From a bacterium (GTDB lineage Bacteria > UBA8248 > JACPRG01 > G963555815): a stretch of DNA of 64,000 bases. The translations under genes were made by a program, and so were the position numbers. The stretch covers positions 384,001 through 448,000 of the forward strand of contig CAUVWX020000002.1 in the NCBI GenBank assembly GCA_963555815.3. The letters are read 5' to 3'. The notes under the pieces were generated by a model. That model made no database searches. It saw only the letters and a list, made by a program, of their open reading frames with translations, and was not told where the DNA came from. Positions 47,562 through 57,263 of this stretch are shown here, one piece after another; position 1 is the first letter of the stretch; each line of letters begins with the position of its first letter.

Positions 47562-49193
47562 TCAACTCCCAGCCCCCTCTGTCGATTCAAGTCGCTGCCG
47601 CTCTAGTTGCTTGATGGTCGCCTCCAGGGCCGTTCGCTGATTTTCAGCGTTCAACTCACCAAAGAGGCGCAGGGCTTCGTGGAAGTGACTCAGGGCTTTG
47701 TCCACCTCGCCCAGCTCCGCGTAAACCGTCCCAAGGCTCGCTCCGTTCGCGGCCTGCCCCCACTGGTAGCCGATCTCCCGATTGATCTCGTAGGCTTTCT
47801 CATAGGCCTGCAAGGCCTGCTCGGGTTCCCCGGTCTGAAAGAGAACGTTTGCCAGGTTTCCGAGGCTGTTGGCCTCGCCGCGACGGTTGCCCGTCTCGCG
47901 GTGAAGACTGAGAGCGACCTCGTAATGCTCCTTCGACTGGGCAAAGTCTTTTTCCAGGGCGAAGAGGAGCCCGATGTTGCCAAGGTTAATGGCCTCCTCC
48001 CTGCGGTCTCTAAGTTCTCGGCTCAGCGACAGGGCCTCTTGGCTGAACCCAAGGGCCGCTTTGAGCTCCCCCTGGTCTCGAAGGACCGTGGCCAGCAGCC
48101 GAAGCTCCCGCGCCTGCCTTCCCCGGTCCGGCCCTTGTCGGCACATCTCAAGGGCCTCGCGATGATGCTCGGCGGCCTCGGAGAGAGCACCCTTGGTACG
48201 GCAAAGACGCCCCATCCGACTCAAGATTTCACCCGCACCCTGAAGGTCTTCTCTCCCGCGGTGGACCTCGAGGGCCTCTCCATAGTAGCGGAGGGCTTCC
48301 TCGGTCGAACGCTTGTACGTGGAGAGAAGGGCCAGATTTGTAAAAACCGCCGCCTTCGCCTCGGAGTCATCCTCTGAGAGGGCCACCGCCTCCTGCAGCC
48401 TTCCCTCCGCCTCCTTGGCAAAACCCTGATAGTGGTAGGCAAGGGCCATGAGGTTGAGGGCACGGGCGCGCCCCCCCTCACTCTCAAGGGCCATCTTCGC
48501 CTGGCCAATGGCCAAATCGGCTTTTTGACCGTGATAGGCCAGAACGCCCAGGGCGTACCGTGTCTCTTGAGGGATGGTGGCCCCCTTACGCTCCTCTTCC
48601 TCCACCGAGAGGAGAACTTCTTCGAGGCGCCCATAAAAATCTTCGGGGAGACGGGACATGGGGTCGGAAGAGCCCTCTGCCGTGTCGCCCGCGACATTCC
48701 CGGGCGAAGGCCAGGCGTCCAGGATGGGGGGGCCCTGCAGAGAGAGATCGGTCACCATCGCTGCCGGGCGGCCCAAGACCTCCGGGTCGAGGGGGGCCGT
48801 CTGAGCATCGGGTGTCTGGACAGGGCGCGGCTGACTCACGCGAGGCAGAGGAGGCGGCTCTTTTTGTTTTTGGGGAGGGGTCTCTCCCTCCTCAAGGAGG
48901 CGCGCACTGGAGAAAGCCTCTTCCTCCAAAGGCTCATATTCAACAACCTCGCATCCGGCAAGTTCCATCTCCCTTGAGGGAGGGGGAGAGGAAGGTGCGC
49001 CAGGCGGCGGTGTCGGACTGGCCTGGGGGGTGGGAGGGCGTATCTCCTGCGTGTCCTCATCGCTGATGAGCTCCGTCATGGCCGAGGAATCCTCCGCCTC
49101 GGGCCTTTTGCCCCAACTTCGAGACCAAAAAACGACCAGGATGACAGCGATTCCAAAACCAATGAGGATGGCGGCCAGGAGAAGAGCGCTCAT
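47562..49193 (-). CDS. Membrane-anchored TPR protein with Pro-rich linker
   Basis: N-terminal TM, low-complexity linker, TPR_12-like repeats (EAINLGNIG, EANSLGNLA). Confidence 0.85.
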   Translation of the reverse strand: MSALLLAAILIGFGIAVILVVFWSRSWGKRPEAEDSSAMTELISDEDTQEIRPPTPQASPTPPPGAPSSPPPSREMELAGCEVVEYEPLEEEAFSSARLLEEGETPPQKQKEPPPLPRVSQPRPVQTPDAQTAPLDPEVLGRPAAMVTDLSLQGPPILDAWPSPGNVAGDTAEGSSDPMSRLPEDFYGRLEEVLLSVEEEERKGATIPQETRYALGVLAYHGQKADLAIGQAKMALESEGGRARALNLMALAYHYQGFAKEAEGRLQEAVALSEDDSEAKAAVFTNLALLSTYKRSTEEALRYYGEALEVHRGREDLQGAGEILSRMGRLCRTKGALSEAAEHHREALEMCRQGPDRGRQARELRLLATVLRDQGELKAALGFSQEALSLSRELRDRREEAINLGNIGLLFALEKDFAQSKEHYEVALSLHRETGNRRGEANSLGNLANVLFQTGEPEQALQAYEKAYEINREIGYQWGQAANGASLGTVYAELGEVDKALSHFHEALRLFGELNAENQRTALEATIKQLERQRLESTEGAGS

Positions 49194-50786
49194 CGAGTCC
49201 TCCCAGCAAACCGAAGGGCCTTTCCAGCCCGCGCTCCCAAATGCTCTCCTGCCTCCACGGTCACCTCTCCATTGACGACCACCATATCGATCCCCTTGGG
49301 ATAGGAAATGGGGGCATCGTAAGTCGCGGTGTCGGCGATCTTGTCTGGGTCAAAGACGACGAGATCGGCCGCCATGCCCTCCCGAATGACCCCTCGATCC
49401 CTGAGTCCAAGCCGTCGGGCTGGGAGTGAAGTCATCTTGGCGATGGCCTGTGCCAGAGGAAAGAGACCCTCCTCCCGCGCATATCGGCCCAGGACGCGGG
49501 GGAAGGTGCCAAACCCCCGGGGATGGGGGTGCCCCTCCCCGAGGGGCCCATAGTGGGCATGGCCCCCGGCGTCGGAGCCGACGAGGACATAGGGGCGAGC
49601 AAGAATGGTCCGAAGGTTCCCCTCATCCATCAAAAAAAGGATGACCTCGACCGTGAGCTTATCATCCACCAGGAGGTCCAGGACGAAATCGATCTCATCC
49701 TTGCCCGCCGAGGCGGCACCCTCCGAAACTTTTTGTCCCTCAAAACTTTTGTTTCTAGGGTTATGGATAAGACAGATGAGGACATCTTCCCAATACCCGG
49801 ACCTAAAAGCCTCCATCTCCTCTCGGATGCGCCTTCGGTCTTCAGGATCCTTCAATCGCTGGAGGGCTCGCCCCTTTCCCCCTTCGTGGGCCCAGTCCGG
49901 CAAGAGGGCGGAGAGGTGCGTGTGGGAGGCGGTGTAGGGATAGGCGGTCGCAGGCCACGTCGACCCCATCGCGAACGGCGGTTTCGATAAGATTGAGGGC
50001 CTGCCCAACCTTGCCCCAGTTTTCCTTCCCCGCGGTCTTGAGGTGAGAGATCTGAAGGGGGGCACCGCTGGCCTTCGAGACGGCGATTACCTCCTCCAGA
50101 GCCTCCAGTAGCCCCTTCCCCTCGCTTCGGATGTGAGTGCTGAGGAAGCCCCCCAAACGGGCTGCCGTGGAGGCCAGGGTGACCAGTTCTTCCCGGGACG
50201 AATAGCATGCCGGTGGATAGACGAGGCCCGTGGAGAGCCCGAAGGCCCCCTCCTGGATGGCCCGGGCCACCCCCTCCGCCATCGCCTGAAGCTCGTCAGA
50301 GGAGGGAGCACGGCTGGCCCCCCCCATGAAAGACGCCCGAAGGGTGTTGTGACCCACTTGGTGGGCATAGTTGACGGAGAGGCCGTCTCGTTCCAATCGC
50401 CCCAGGTATCCCTGAACGTCTTCAAAATCCAGGTCCAGCCCGTAATCGCGCGAATAAGTTTGCCGTCTCTCCTCCAGGGCAGGACCGGCGACGGGAGCGG
50501 CTGAGTAGCCGCAGTTCCCTCCCACCTCAGTGGTCACCCCCTGGCGCACCTTCCCCTCTGCAAGCGGGTTGATGAGAAGGGAGTAATCGGAGTGGGAGTG
50601 GATGTCGATGAACCCTGGACAGAGGGCCCCGCCCCCGAGGGATACCTGCCGAGAGGTTTTTGTCCCGTCAAGGCGCCCTACGGCCGCTATCCGGCCCCCC
50701 TGTATCCCGACATCAGCCCCAAAGGGTTCTCCTCCTCGTCCATCGTAGAGGCTCGCATCTTTAAAGAGGAGATCAAAACGCGCCAA
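49190..50786 (-). CDS. N-acyl-D-amino-acid deacylase (D-aminoacylase), frameshifted near 49945
   Basis: PGFIDIHSHSD, GNCG, HIRSE, SHLK in one frame; YPYTAS, GSDA, HPRGFGTFPR in the next. Confidence 0.88.
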
Positions 50787-51014
50787 AGGGACTATCTCCC
50801 TGGGGCTTGCCTGGACGAAGGTGGGGAGACCCACGGCGGATTAGCCCCATCTCTCGATCCCACCACCTGCAAAATCTCCCACCAGCGAGAGGATAGTATC
50901 CCATTCAAGAAACCCAGACAACCGCTCCCTTCCAAGTCTTTCTGCCCTCGCGCCACCCCTTTTGAAGAGATCCTCCACAAGGGCTCTCCCACGCAGGACA
51001 CTTTTTTGGGCCCC

Positions 51015-52184
51015 TCATCTTCGGTCGAGAACCGGCTCTCCCTGCACAAAAACGAGGCGTGGCTCAAGGTCTAGGTCCAGAACCAAGATGTCGGCGTCCA
51101 GGCCCTCGGCCAGCCGGCCCTTTCGATGAGAGATGCCAAGGGCGCGGGCGGGATTCTCCGAGACCCACGGAAGGACATTCTCCAGGGGAAGCTGACAAAA
51201 CTTCATCCCGTTTTTTAAGGCACCTCTCAACGGAAGAAGGGCCCCCGCAAGGACCCCCTCAGGGGTCTCGGCGCGCCCCCCCCGGACTCGAACTGATATT
51301 TCCCCCATCAAGGCCTCAGGGATCTCTGCCTCGCCAAGGGGTGTCGCGTCTGAGACCAGGAAAGTACCCTCTGGCCCCTTCGCCCGGACGGCCATCCGAA
51401 GGGCCGCCGGGTGGACGTGGACACCGTCAGCGATGAAGCCCGCCATCACCTCCGAATGGTCGAGGATGGCCCCCAGAACCCCAGGGTCGCGGTGGTGAAA
51501 ATTCCTCATCGCGTTGAAGGTGTGGGTGGCGAGGCGGGCCCCAGCAGCGATGGCGAGCTTGGCCTCCTCATAAGTAGCGGCTGTATGCCCCATGGCGGGA
51601 ATCCACCCCCAGCGGGCCATCCCTTGAATCACCGACAGGGCGCCTGGAAGTTCAGGGGCGAGTGTGAGTACCAGGGGCCCTCCCTCCCAGGATTCGGCAT
51701 AGCGTTCGAGCTCCCCGAGATCCGGGGGGCGCAGGTGGGCCTGAAGATGAGCGCCGGCGGCCTTGGGGTTCAGAAAGGGGCCCTCCAGGTGGGCGCCGAG
51801 GACGGTCGCCCCCCCACCCCGGGCGCTGGCCCCTGAGATGGCGGAAAGGCCCTCCTGGAGGAGCTCCCTTGGGGCGCTAATCAGTGTGGGGAGAAAGGAC
51901 GTGGTGCCGCGTCTCGCAAGGTCCTGGGCAATGGCCTCGATGGCCTCGGGGGTCGCCTCCATGACGGCCCGGCCTGCCCCGCCATTGACTTGGAGGTCTA
52001 TCAGGCCCGGCAGGATGAGGGTCCCGTCGAGGTCAAGAATTCGGGCCCCTGAGGGGAGAGGCCCGATGGGTCCAGCGGACAGGATTTTCCCGTCCTGAAA
52101 GACCACTTGCCCCCCCTCGATCACACCAGAAGACAGATAGACTCGACCTCCCCTAAGGGCGGTGACTGTCTCGGGCGAGACCAC
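51015..52184 (-). CDS. nagA: N-acetylglucosamine-6-phosphate deacetylase
   Basis: PGLIDLQVNG, HLEGPFL, TLAPE, THTFNAM, DGVHVHP, VSDA. Confidence 0.93.
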   Translation of the reverse strand: MVSPETVTALRGGRVYLSSGVIEGGQVVFQDGKILSAGPIGPLPSGARILDLDGTLILPGLIDLQVNGGAGRAVMEATPEAIEAIAQDLARRGTTSFLPTLISAPRELLQEGLSAISGASARGGGATVLGAHLEGPFLNPKAAGAHLQAHLRPPDLGELERYAESWEGGPLVLTLAPELPGALSVIQGMARWGWIPAMGHTAATYEEAKLAIAAGARLATHTFNAMRNFHHRDPGVLGAILDHSEVMAGFIADGVHVHPAALRMAVRAKGPEGTFLVSDATPLGEAEIPEALMGEISVRVRGGRAETPEGVLAGALLPLRGALKNGMKFCQLPLENVLPWVSENPARALGISHRKGRLAEGLDADILVLDLDLEPRLVFVQGEPVLDRR

Positions 52185-52343
52185 GGGTCAGCCTTCTAGA
52201 CACACAGCTGAAAGAAAATAGTGTTTCGTGGTGAGGGGCAAGAGAGCAATAAAGAGGCATCCCCAAACAGGGGGAACGACAATGGCTTTTTCATCCCCCT
52301 GGCCGGCCAGCCCAGGGACCCGGCTCCGTCGGGACGAGGCCGG

Positions 52344-52931
52344 TCATTTGGACTTCTTGCGTTTTCGCACCTTTTCGTTCGCCTGGATGAGCATCTCGAC
52401 GTTTTGTCGAGCCGTCTCCCTGATCCTCTGCTGGATACTGAGAAGGACCAGGCGACCAGGCAGCGTGGGGACGTTCGGGATGATAGGCATCTCGCGGCTT
52501 CCGGGCTCTTTCTCCAGGGCCGCGGCTTCCTTCACGATCTCTTTCTCAGAAAAAAGCTCCTTTTCCGAGTAGGAATAGGTCAACTTGACATAGTCTCGCT
52601 CTTTCCGCTCATCATCCCGGGTTTCCCGGACAATATTCTCCATATCGATCGAACTGGGCTTCTTGTCGGCCTTTTTCATCTCACTCTTCACGGCGTCGAA
52701 GTATTTGTTGAGGGGCATGGTCTTGGTCAGCTCGTCCTGGGGGATCTTGGAACTGATCTCAAATTTGATGCGCCCCTTTGAAATCATGGGAGCCCCGATT
52801 TCATACGTGATCTCATGGACGCTGAACCGATCTCCTCGCTTGGACTGGTATTGGGAGCGGAACTCGTCGGTGAGTTCGACGAGGCCCCGCTGGGCGAACT
52901 GGACGAAGAGATTTTCCTTGAGGGTTGGCAT
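52344..52931 (-). CDS. Hypothetical protein (charged, soluble)
   Basis: GAGGAGG RBS, high-GC3 coding pattern, no family recognised. Confidence 0.75.
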   Translation of the reverse strand: MPTLKENLFVQFAQRGLVELTDEFRSQYQSKRGDRFSVHEITYEIGAPMISKGRIKFEISSKIPQDELTKTMPLNKYFDAVKSEMKKADKKPSSIDMENIVRETRDDERKERDYVKLTYSYSEKELFSEKEIVKEAAALEKEPGSREMPIIPNVPTLPGRLVLLSIQQRIRETARQNVEMLIQANEKVRKRKKSK

Positions 52932-53095
52932 GGGGCCCGTTCCTCCTCGTAAGCGAAAACTAAACCCAGGCGCTAAGTATAGGCCGGGGGGGCGGCTCGG
53001 GCAAGCCTCCTATTGCGATCTGTAAAAAGTAGACAGGCCCCTCTCTATACGGCTAATATGTCTCTGGCCGGAAGGTCAGGCGGCGCTGAGGCCTC

Positions 53096-53572
53096 TTGGA
53101 GTCTGTGATGCGGGCGAACATGGCGCGGGGAAGGGCCCTCTTCCTTACAACGTTGCTCCTTCTGCTTTGGGGATGTGCGGGAAGCGAAGTGCCCCCAACG
53201 ACCCAGGATCCGGTCTCCCTTTTCCTGGAGCGAATCCAGTCCAAACACCGAGCAGAGGCCAAACAAATCGAGGTGGCCGAGCCAGGCCCCACCCGTGAGG
53301 AGATCCACCTGGGGATGCGGCCCGGTTGGGAGCATAAACCCCTGACCGAACGGGAAGATGATGCAATTATCCTCACCCGGACCTGGGTGGAGATCCTGAC
53401 CCACCCCAAGGGAGGCGTGACCACCACCCTGGCCTATTGGCTCCCCATCGAGACGACGTCCATACCGGAGAGGGCCATCGTCCGGTACCAGGACCCCCAA
53501 GGAAAGCCTCTGGGATGGACTGAGTTTCGCCGGGACCGGGGCATCTTTCTTAGGTGGATCCCATCGCCCTAA
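53096..53572 (+). CDS. Hypothetical lipoprotein
   Basis: Hydrophobic stretch + LWGC lipobox; start probably a later ATG. Confidence 0.65.
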   Translation: MESVMRANMARGRALFLTTLLLLLWGCAGSEVPPTTQDPVSLFLERIQSKHRAEAKQIEVAEPGPTREEIHLGMRPGWEHKPLTEREDDAIILTRTWVEILTHPKGGVTTTLAYWLPIETTSIPERAIVRYQDPQGKPLGWTEFRRDRGIFLRWIPSP

Positions 53573-53661
53573 GGGTGGCCCACGAAAAGGGCCCCCATAA
53601 TTGGCAATATTTTACATTAACTATATGCTGTTAACTGACTAAAATATAGGAGGCTATCAGA

Positions 53662-53994
53662 ATGGAACTTGTCGCTAAGTACGTGGTGCTCATTTACGGC
53701 CTGCTCATGATCATCGGGGGGATCATCGGATTCACCACTGCCAGGAGCCTGCCCTCCCTCCTCTCGGGCGGCATCAGCGGCATCATCCTTCTCGTGGTGT
53801 TCGCCTGGAGCCTAAAAGCCCTCTCGCCCGCACTGTGGACAGCCGTGGGGATTTCCGCAGCCCTTACGGTTCTGATGGGGGTGCGCTTCGCCATCTCCGG
53901 CAAGTTCATGCCGTCGGGCGGAATCGCCCTGATCAGTCTAATTGCCTTAATCCTGACGATCGTGGGTGCGCTGCAGGCGAAAACGGGTCCCTGA
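53662..53994 (+). CDS. TMEM14 family small membrane protein
   Basis: YGLLMIIGGIIGF...SLPSLLSG...RF..SGKFMPSG. Confidence 0.9.
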   Translation: MELVAKYVVLIYGLLMIIGGIIGFTTARSLPSLLSGGISGIILLVVFAWSLKALSPALWTAVGISAALTVLMGVRFAISGKFMPSGGIALISLIALILTIVGALQAKTGP

Positions 53995-54006
53995 GAAGGG
54001 CTAATT

Positions 54007-54399
54007 TCAGCAGTTGTCGCAAAGGTCGGGGGGCTCAGCGGGGCCTCTGCCCGTCCCCGTCCGGCTGGGCCTCCAGCTGAAAATTTCCGGGTTCTCCCCC
54101 GCGAAACGCAAGAGATATTCCCTCAAAGACTCCCCTTCCAGTGGGGGTCGGTTTTCGACAACCTGGGTCTCCAGGATCTCAAGGTAGCGGTCATAATACT
54201 CGCGCTCTTGCTCAAGGGGGCTTGGGCAATAACAGGTCTCGTAAAAGGTGATGAGGCCGCCAGAGACCCGCGCCTCCTGCATGGCCCCCTGCATTGACTT
54301 TTCGAAGACCTCTCCTTTTCCGAGGGCCCTCGTCTCAATGGCTTCTCGAAGGGCTTTTTCTTTTCCCTCCAGCACGCGAGCCTTGACGTGATAGTCCAT
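54007..54399 (-). CDS. Hypothetical protein with CxC and C-terminal CxxC
   Basis: MDYHVKAR...ETCYCPSPLEQER...LCDNC. Confidence 0.7.
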   Translation of the reverse strand: MDYHVKARVLEGKEKALREAIETRALGKGEVFEKSMQGAMQEARVSGGLITFYETCYCPSPLEQEREYYDRYLEILETQVVENRPPLEGESLREYLLRFAGENPEIFSWRPSRTGTGRGPAEPPDLCDNC

Positions 54400-54578
54400 C
54401 TCTTCGCTCTCCCACCCGGGCAACCACGTCCTTCCACATCCTTTCTCAGTATAATCGATTGGTCCGGCGTAGGCGATAGACCGCTCTGACGTGGGAAGAT
54501 GCGATTTTAATTCAGAAAGGAGGATCGGCCAAAAAGAGACAAAAGCCCTTCTCGGAGCGCCAGAGACCGGGATTCGGG

Positions 54579-54614
54579 TTGACAAGGAAGGCAAGGGCGA
54601 TAGAATAATTTCAA
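54579..54614 (+). promoter_or_regulatory. sod promoter with a candidate PerR/Fur-family box
   Basis: TTGACA-16 nt-TAGAAT; ATAGAATAATTTCAA overlaps the -10. Confidence 0.6.
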
Positions 54615-54726
54615 TCCTTCGTTTTCGTTAGAAGCCGGGGTGCCTTTGGGAACGCACCACACAGACTTCCCAAGAGGAGTGGCGCCGCCTGCTCGTCCTC
54701 TGGCGTGCTGAGAAAAGGAGGCTGTC

Positions 54727-55335
54727 ATGGCCCACACCCTACCGGACCTGCCTTATGACTACAACGCATTAGAGCCCCACATCGACGCCCAGACCATGCA
54801 GCTCCACCACGACAAGCACCACAAGACCTACGTGGACGGCCTCAACACTGCAGAGCAACGCCTCGCGGACGCCAGAAGCAAGGGGGACTTCGCCGCTATC
54901 CAGCAGCTCGCGCGCTTGGTTGCCTTTCACGGAAGCGGCCACTTCAACCATTGCATCTTCTGGAAGAATATGGCGCCCAAAAAAGGGGGGGAACCCAAGG
55001 GGGCCGTGGCCGACCAGATTAAGGCGGACTTCGGGAGCTTCGAGAACGTGAAAAAACAGTTCTCGGCGGGATCCGTCGCGGTGGAGGGAAATGGCTGGGG
55101 CATCCTGGGCTGGCACCCCCTGGCCGGAAAGCTCCAAACCTATACCGCCATGAACCATCAAAACCTGACTCAATGGGGGGTCATCCCCATCCTGATGTTG
55201 GACGTCTGGGAGCACGCTTATTATCTGAAGTATCAGAACCGCAGGGCCGACTACGTCGCCGCCTGGTGGAACCTGGTCAACTGGGATGACGTGGCCCAGC
55301 GTCTGACGGACGCCAAGGCGGTCAAGATCTCGTAA
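54727..55335 (+). CDS. sod: Fe/Mn superoxide dismutase
   Basis: LPDLPYDYNALEPHI, HHDKHH, GHFNH, DVWEHAYY. Confidence 0.97.
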   Translation: MAHTLPDLPYDYNALEPHIDAQTMQLHHDKHHKTYVDGLNTAEQRLADARSKGDFAAIQQLARLVAFHGSGHFNHCIFWKNMAPKKGGEPKGAVADQIKADFGSFENVKKQFSAGSVAVEGNGWGILGWHPLAGKLQTYTAMNHQNLTQWGVIPILMLDVWEHAYYLKYQNRRADYVAAWWNLVNWDDVAQRLTDAKAVKIS

Positions 55336-55384
55336 GTCTCTGCCGAGACCCAAGCGCACCGGGACTGGAAGAAGCAAAAACCTA

Positions 55385-55417
55385 AAAGGGGCGGCCTAAA
55401 AAATCCGCCCTTTTTTT
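55385..55417 (+). terminator. Rho-independent terminator after sod
   Basis: GGGCGG...CCGCCC followed by T7. Confidence 0.85.
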
Positions 55418-55452
55418 GAGACATTCAGAACTTCGCGCGAGGAGCACAGCAC

Positions 55453-55803
55453 ATGGAAACCATGGGGCCGCAGCACTACATCTTCATCTGTACCAACACA
55501 CGACCTGCCGGGCACCCCCGGGGCTCTTGCGGTCCTCGCGGGGCCCAGGAATGCGCGATGCGGGTCGCCGACGAGATCGGGAAGCGGGATCTCTGGGACA
55601 AGGTGATGATGACAAGCACGTCCTGCCTTGGACCCTGCGGGGAGGGCGTGACCATCGCCATCTACCCTGAGGCGACTTGGTACTGGGGCGTCAAGCCCGA
55701 TGATGTCCCGGAGATCCTGGAGGCTATGACGAAAGGAGATCGGGTCTCCCGTCTTCTTTATTCCTGGCCACCACCCGAAGAAACCCCTCCCCCCAGTCCC
55801 TGA
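55453..55803 (+). CDS. Thioredoxin-like [2Fe-2S] ferredoxin (second paralog)
   Basis: YIFICTN...GSC...SCLGPCGEG...YPEATWY. Confidence 0.9.
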   Translation: METMGPQHYIFICTNTRPAGHPRGSCGPRGAQECAMRVADEIGKRDLWDKVMMTSTSCLGPCGEGVTIAIYPEATWYWGVKPDDVPEILEAMTKGDRVSRLLYSWPPPEETPPPSP

Positions 55804-55872
55804 GAAGGGCCAATCTCGATCGGTCTCACTCTTCTAGAGCTCGAATGACGGCCTTGGGCGCCTTTCTCCGTA

Positions 55873-56030
55873 TCACCAGTCCGATATGACCCACGAGTGT
55901 TCGATAGAGGCCCAGGGCGGCCCAAACGTCGGCATCCGGACCATTCGCCCAGAGCGTCTCAGCCTCCAGGCCAGGAGACAGACGGTAAGACCCCGTGCCT
56001 GATAACCACGGATGAGGATAACGGGTCGAG
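55873..56030 (-). pseudogene. Possible N-terminal remnant of a lipase/esterase-type alpha/beta hydrolase
   Basis: RPVILIRGY...LLAWRLRRSG resembles PVVLVHG...LAxRLxxxG; terminates early. Confidence 0.35.
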
Positions 56031-56044
56031 AAGGGTGACGACGA

Positions 56045-57145
56045 TCACCGAGAGGGTCTGTTGGCCGGGGCGACATACCGGCCTCTGGCCTGGTGTCGCT
56101 CGAAGGCGAGGGCAATGAGCCGGTCAATGAGGGCCCCGTAGGAAAGCCCCGCGGCCTCCCAGAGACGGGGATAGACGCTGGTTGTCGTAAAGCCCGGGAC
56201 GGTGTTGATCTCGTTCACGTAGATGCTGCCTTTTTTCTCATCGAAGAAAAAATCCACGCGCGCCATCCCGTCTCCCCCGATAGCGCCAAAAGCACGAAGG
56301 GAGAGCGTCTGGATCTCTTGCTCGGCCTTTTTTGGCAGGTCCGCCGGGATCAGGATGTCGGTCATCCCGGAATTATATTTTCGCTGGTAATCGTACCATC
56401 CCCCGCGAGGGCGGATTTCGGCAAGGGGGGAAGCGGCCGGCGGCTCGCTGCCCACTGTGTTGCCGAGAATGGCGCACTCGATCTCTCTGCCTGAAACGGC
56501 CCGCTCGATCAGCACCTTCTCATCAAAACGGAAGGCTTCGGAGAGGGCCGGCAGGAGCTCCCTCTCTTCTTCTACCCGCGCTATCCCGATGCTGCTCCCC
56601 AGGGAGACCGGCTTAACAAAGAGGGGGGGCGAAAGATTGGCTTGGTCCAAGCGCTTGGCGACGCCCCCAGAATCTCTCTCGTGGTCCTCCCACCTCAGGA
56701 GGACGTGGTCCACCACGGGAACCCCCGCGGCGCGGAAGACGGTTTTGGCGAGACTTTTGTCCATTCCGATGGCTGAGGCCGACACCCCGGAACCCACGTA
56801 TGGGACGCCCAGAAATTCTAAAAGCCCCTGAATCGTTCCGTCTTCGCCGAAGGGTCCGTGGATCAAGGGAAAGGCGACGTCGAAGGGGTGACGGTTGTCA
56901 CTTCCAACTTCAAGGAGGGTCGGATCTCCAAGCGCCTGGGACAGGGCCACCGGGACGCCCCTATCGGGCGGGTCTTCTGGCCGCCCCAGGAGGGACCAAG
57001 CCCCATCGGTCCCGATGTGGAGGAAAAGGATCTGGCCTTTAGCGGGGTCGGCCGCCCCGGCCACACCCGCCGCCGAAGCGAGGGAGATCTCGTGTTCTGC
57101 AGACCGCCCACCAAAGATGAGCAATAGCCGTCGGCGCCCGGTCAT
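56045..57145 (-). CDS. ddl: D-alanine--D-alanine ligase
   Basis: GGRSAEHEISL, HGPFGEDG, GSSIG, NEINTVPGFT. Confidence 0.96.
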   Translation of the reverse strand: MTGRRRLLLIFGGRSAEHEISLASAAGVAGAADPAKGQILFLHIGTDGAWSLLGRPEDPPDRGVPVALSQALGDPTLLEVGSDNRHPFDVAFPLIHGPFGEDGTIQGLLEFLGVPYVGSGVSASAIGMDKSLAKTVFRAAGVPVVDHVLLRWEDHERDSGGVAKRLDQANLSPPLFVKPVSLGSSIGIARVEEERELLPALSEAFRFDEKVLIERAVSGREIECAILGNTVGSEPPAASPLAEIRPRGGWYDYQRKYNSGMTDILIPADLPKKAEQEIQTLSLRAFGAIGGDGMARVDFFFDEKKGSIYVNEINTVPGFTTTSVYPRLWEAAGLSYGALIDRLIALAFERHQARGRYVAPANRPSR

Positions 57146-57263
57146 GGGTCTCGAAAGGCTGTGAAGGAGGTCCAGAGGATTAGAAAAAGGGTATCCCGGG
57201 CCCTCAGGTATTTGAGCCTCGAATGAAACACAGGGGTTTCCTCTTTCTGTCTGATGGGGATCC

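Noticed and set aside
50841..51018. Possible ~58-aa ORF coupled to the nagA stop (ATGA), faintly TusB/DsrH-like after an assumed frameshift at A6
   Set aside because: Needs a frameshift correction and the similarity is too weak
54001..54021. Selenocysteine at CDNC-TGA-AAT-TAG
   Set aside because: No convincing SECIS hairpin and no homologue evidence; an ordinary stop is simpler
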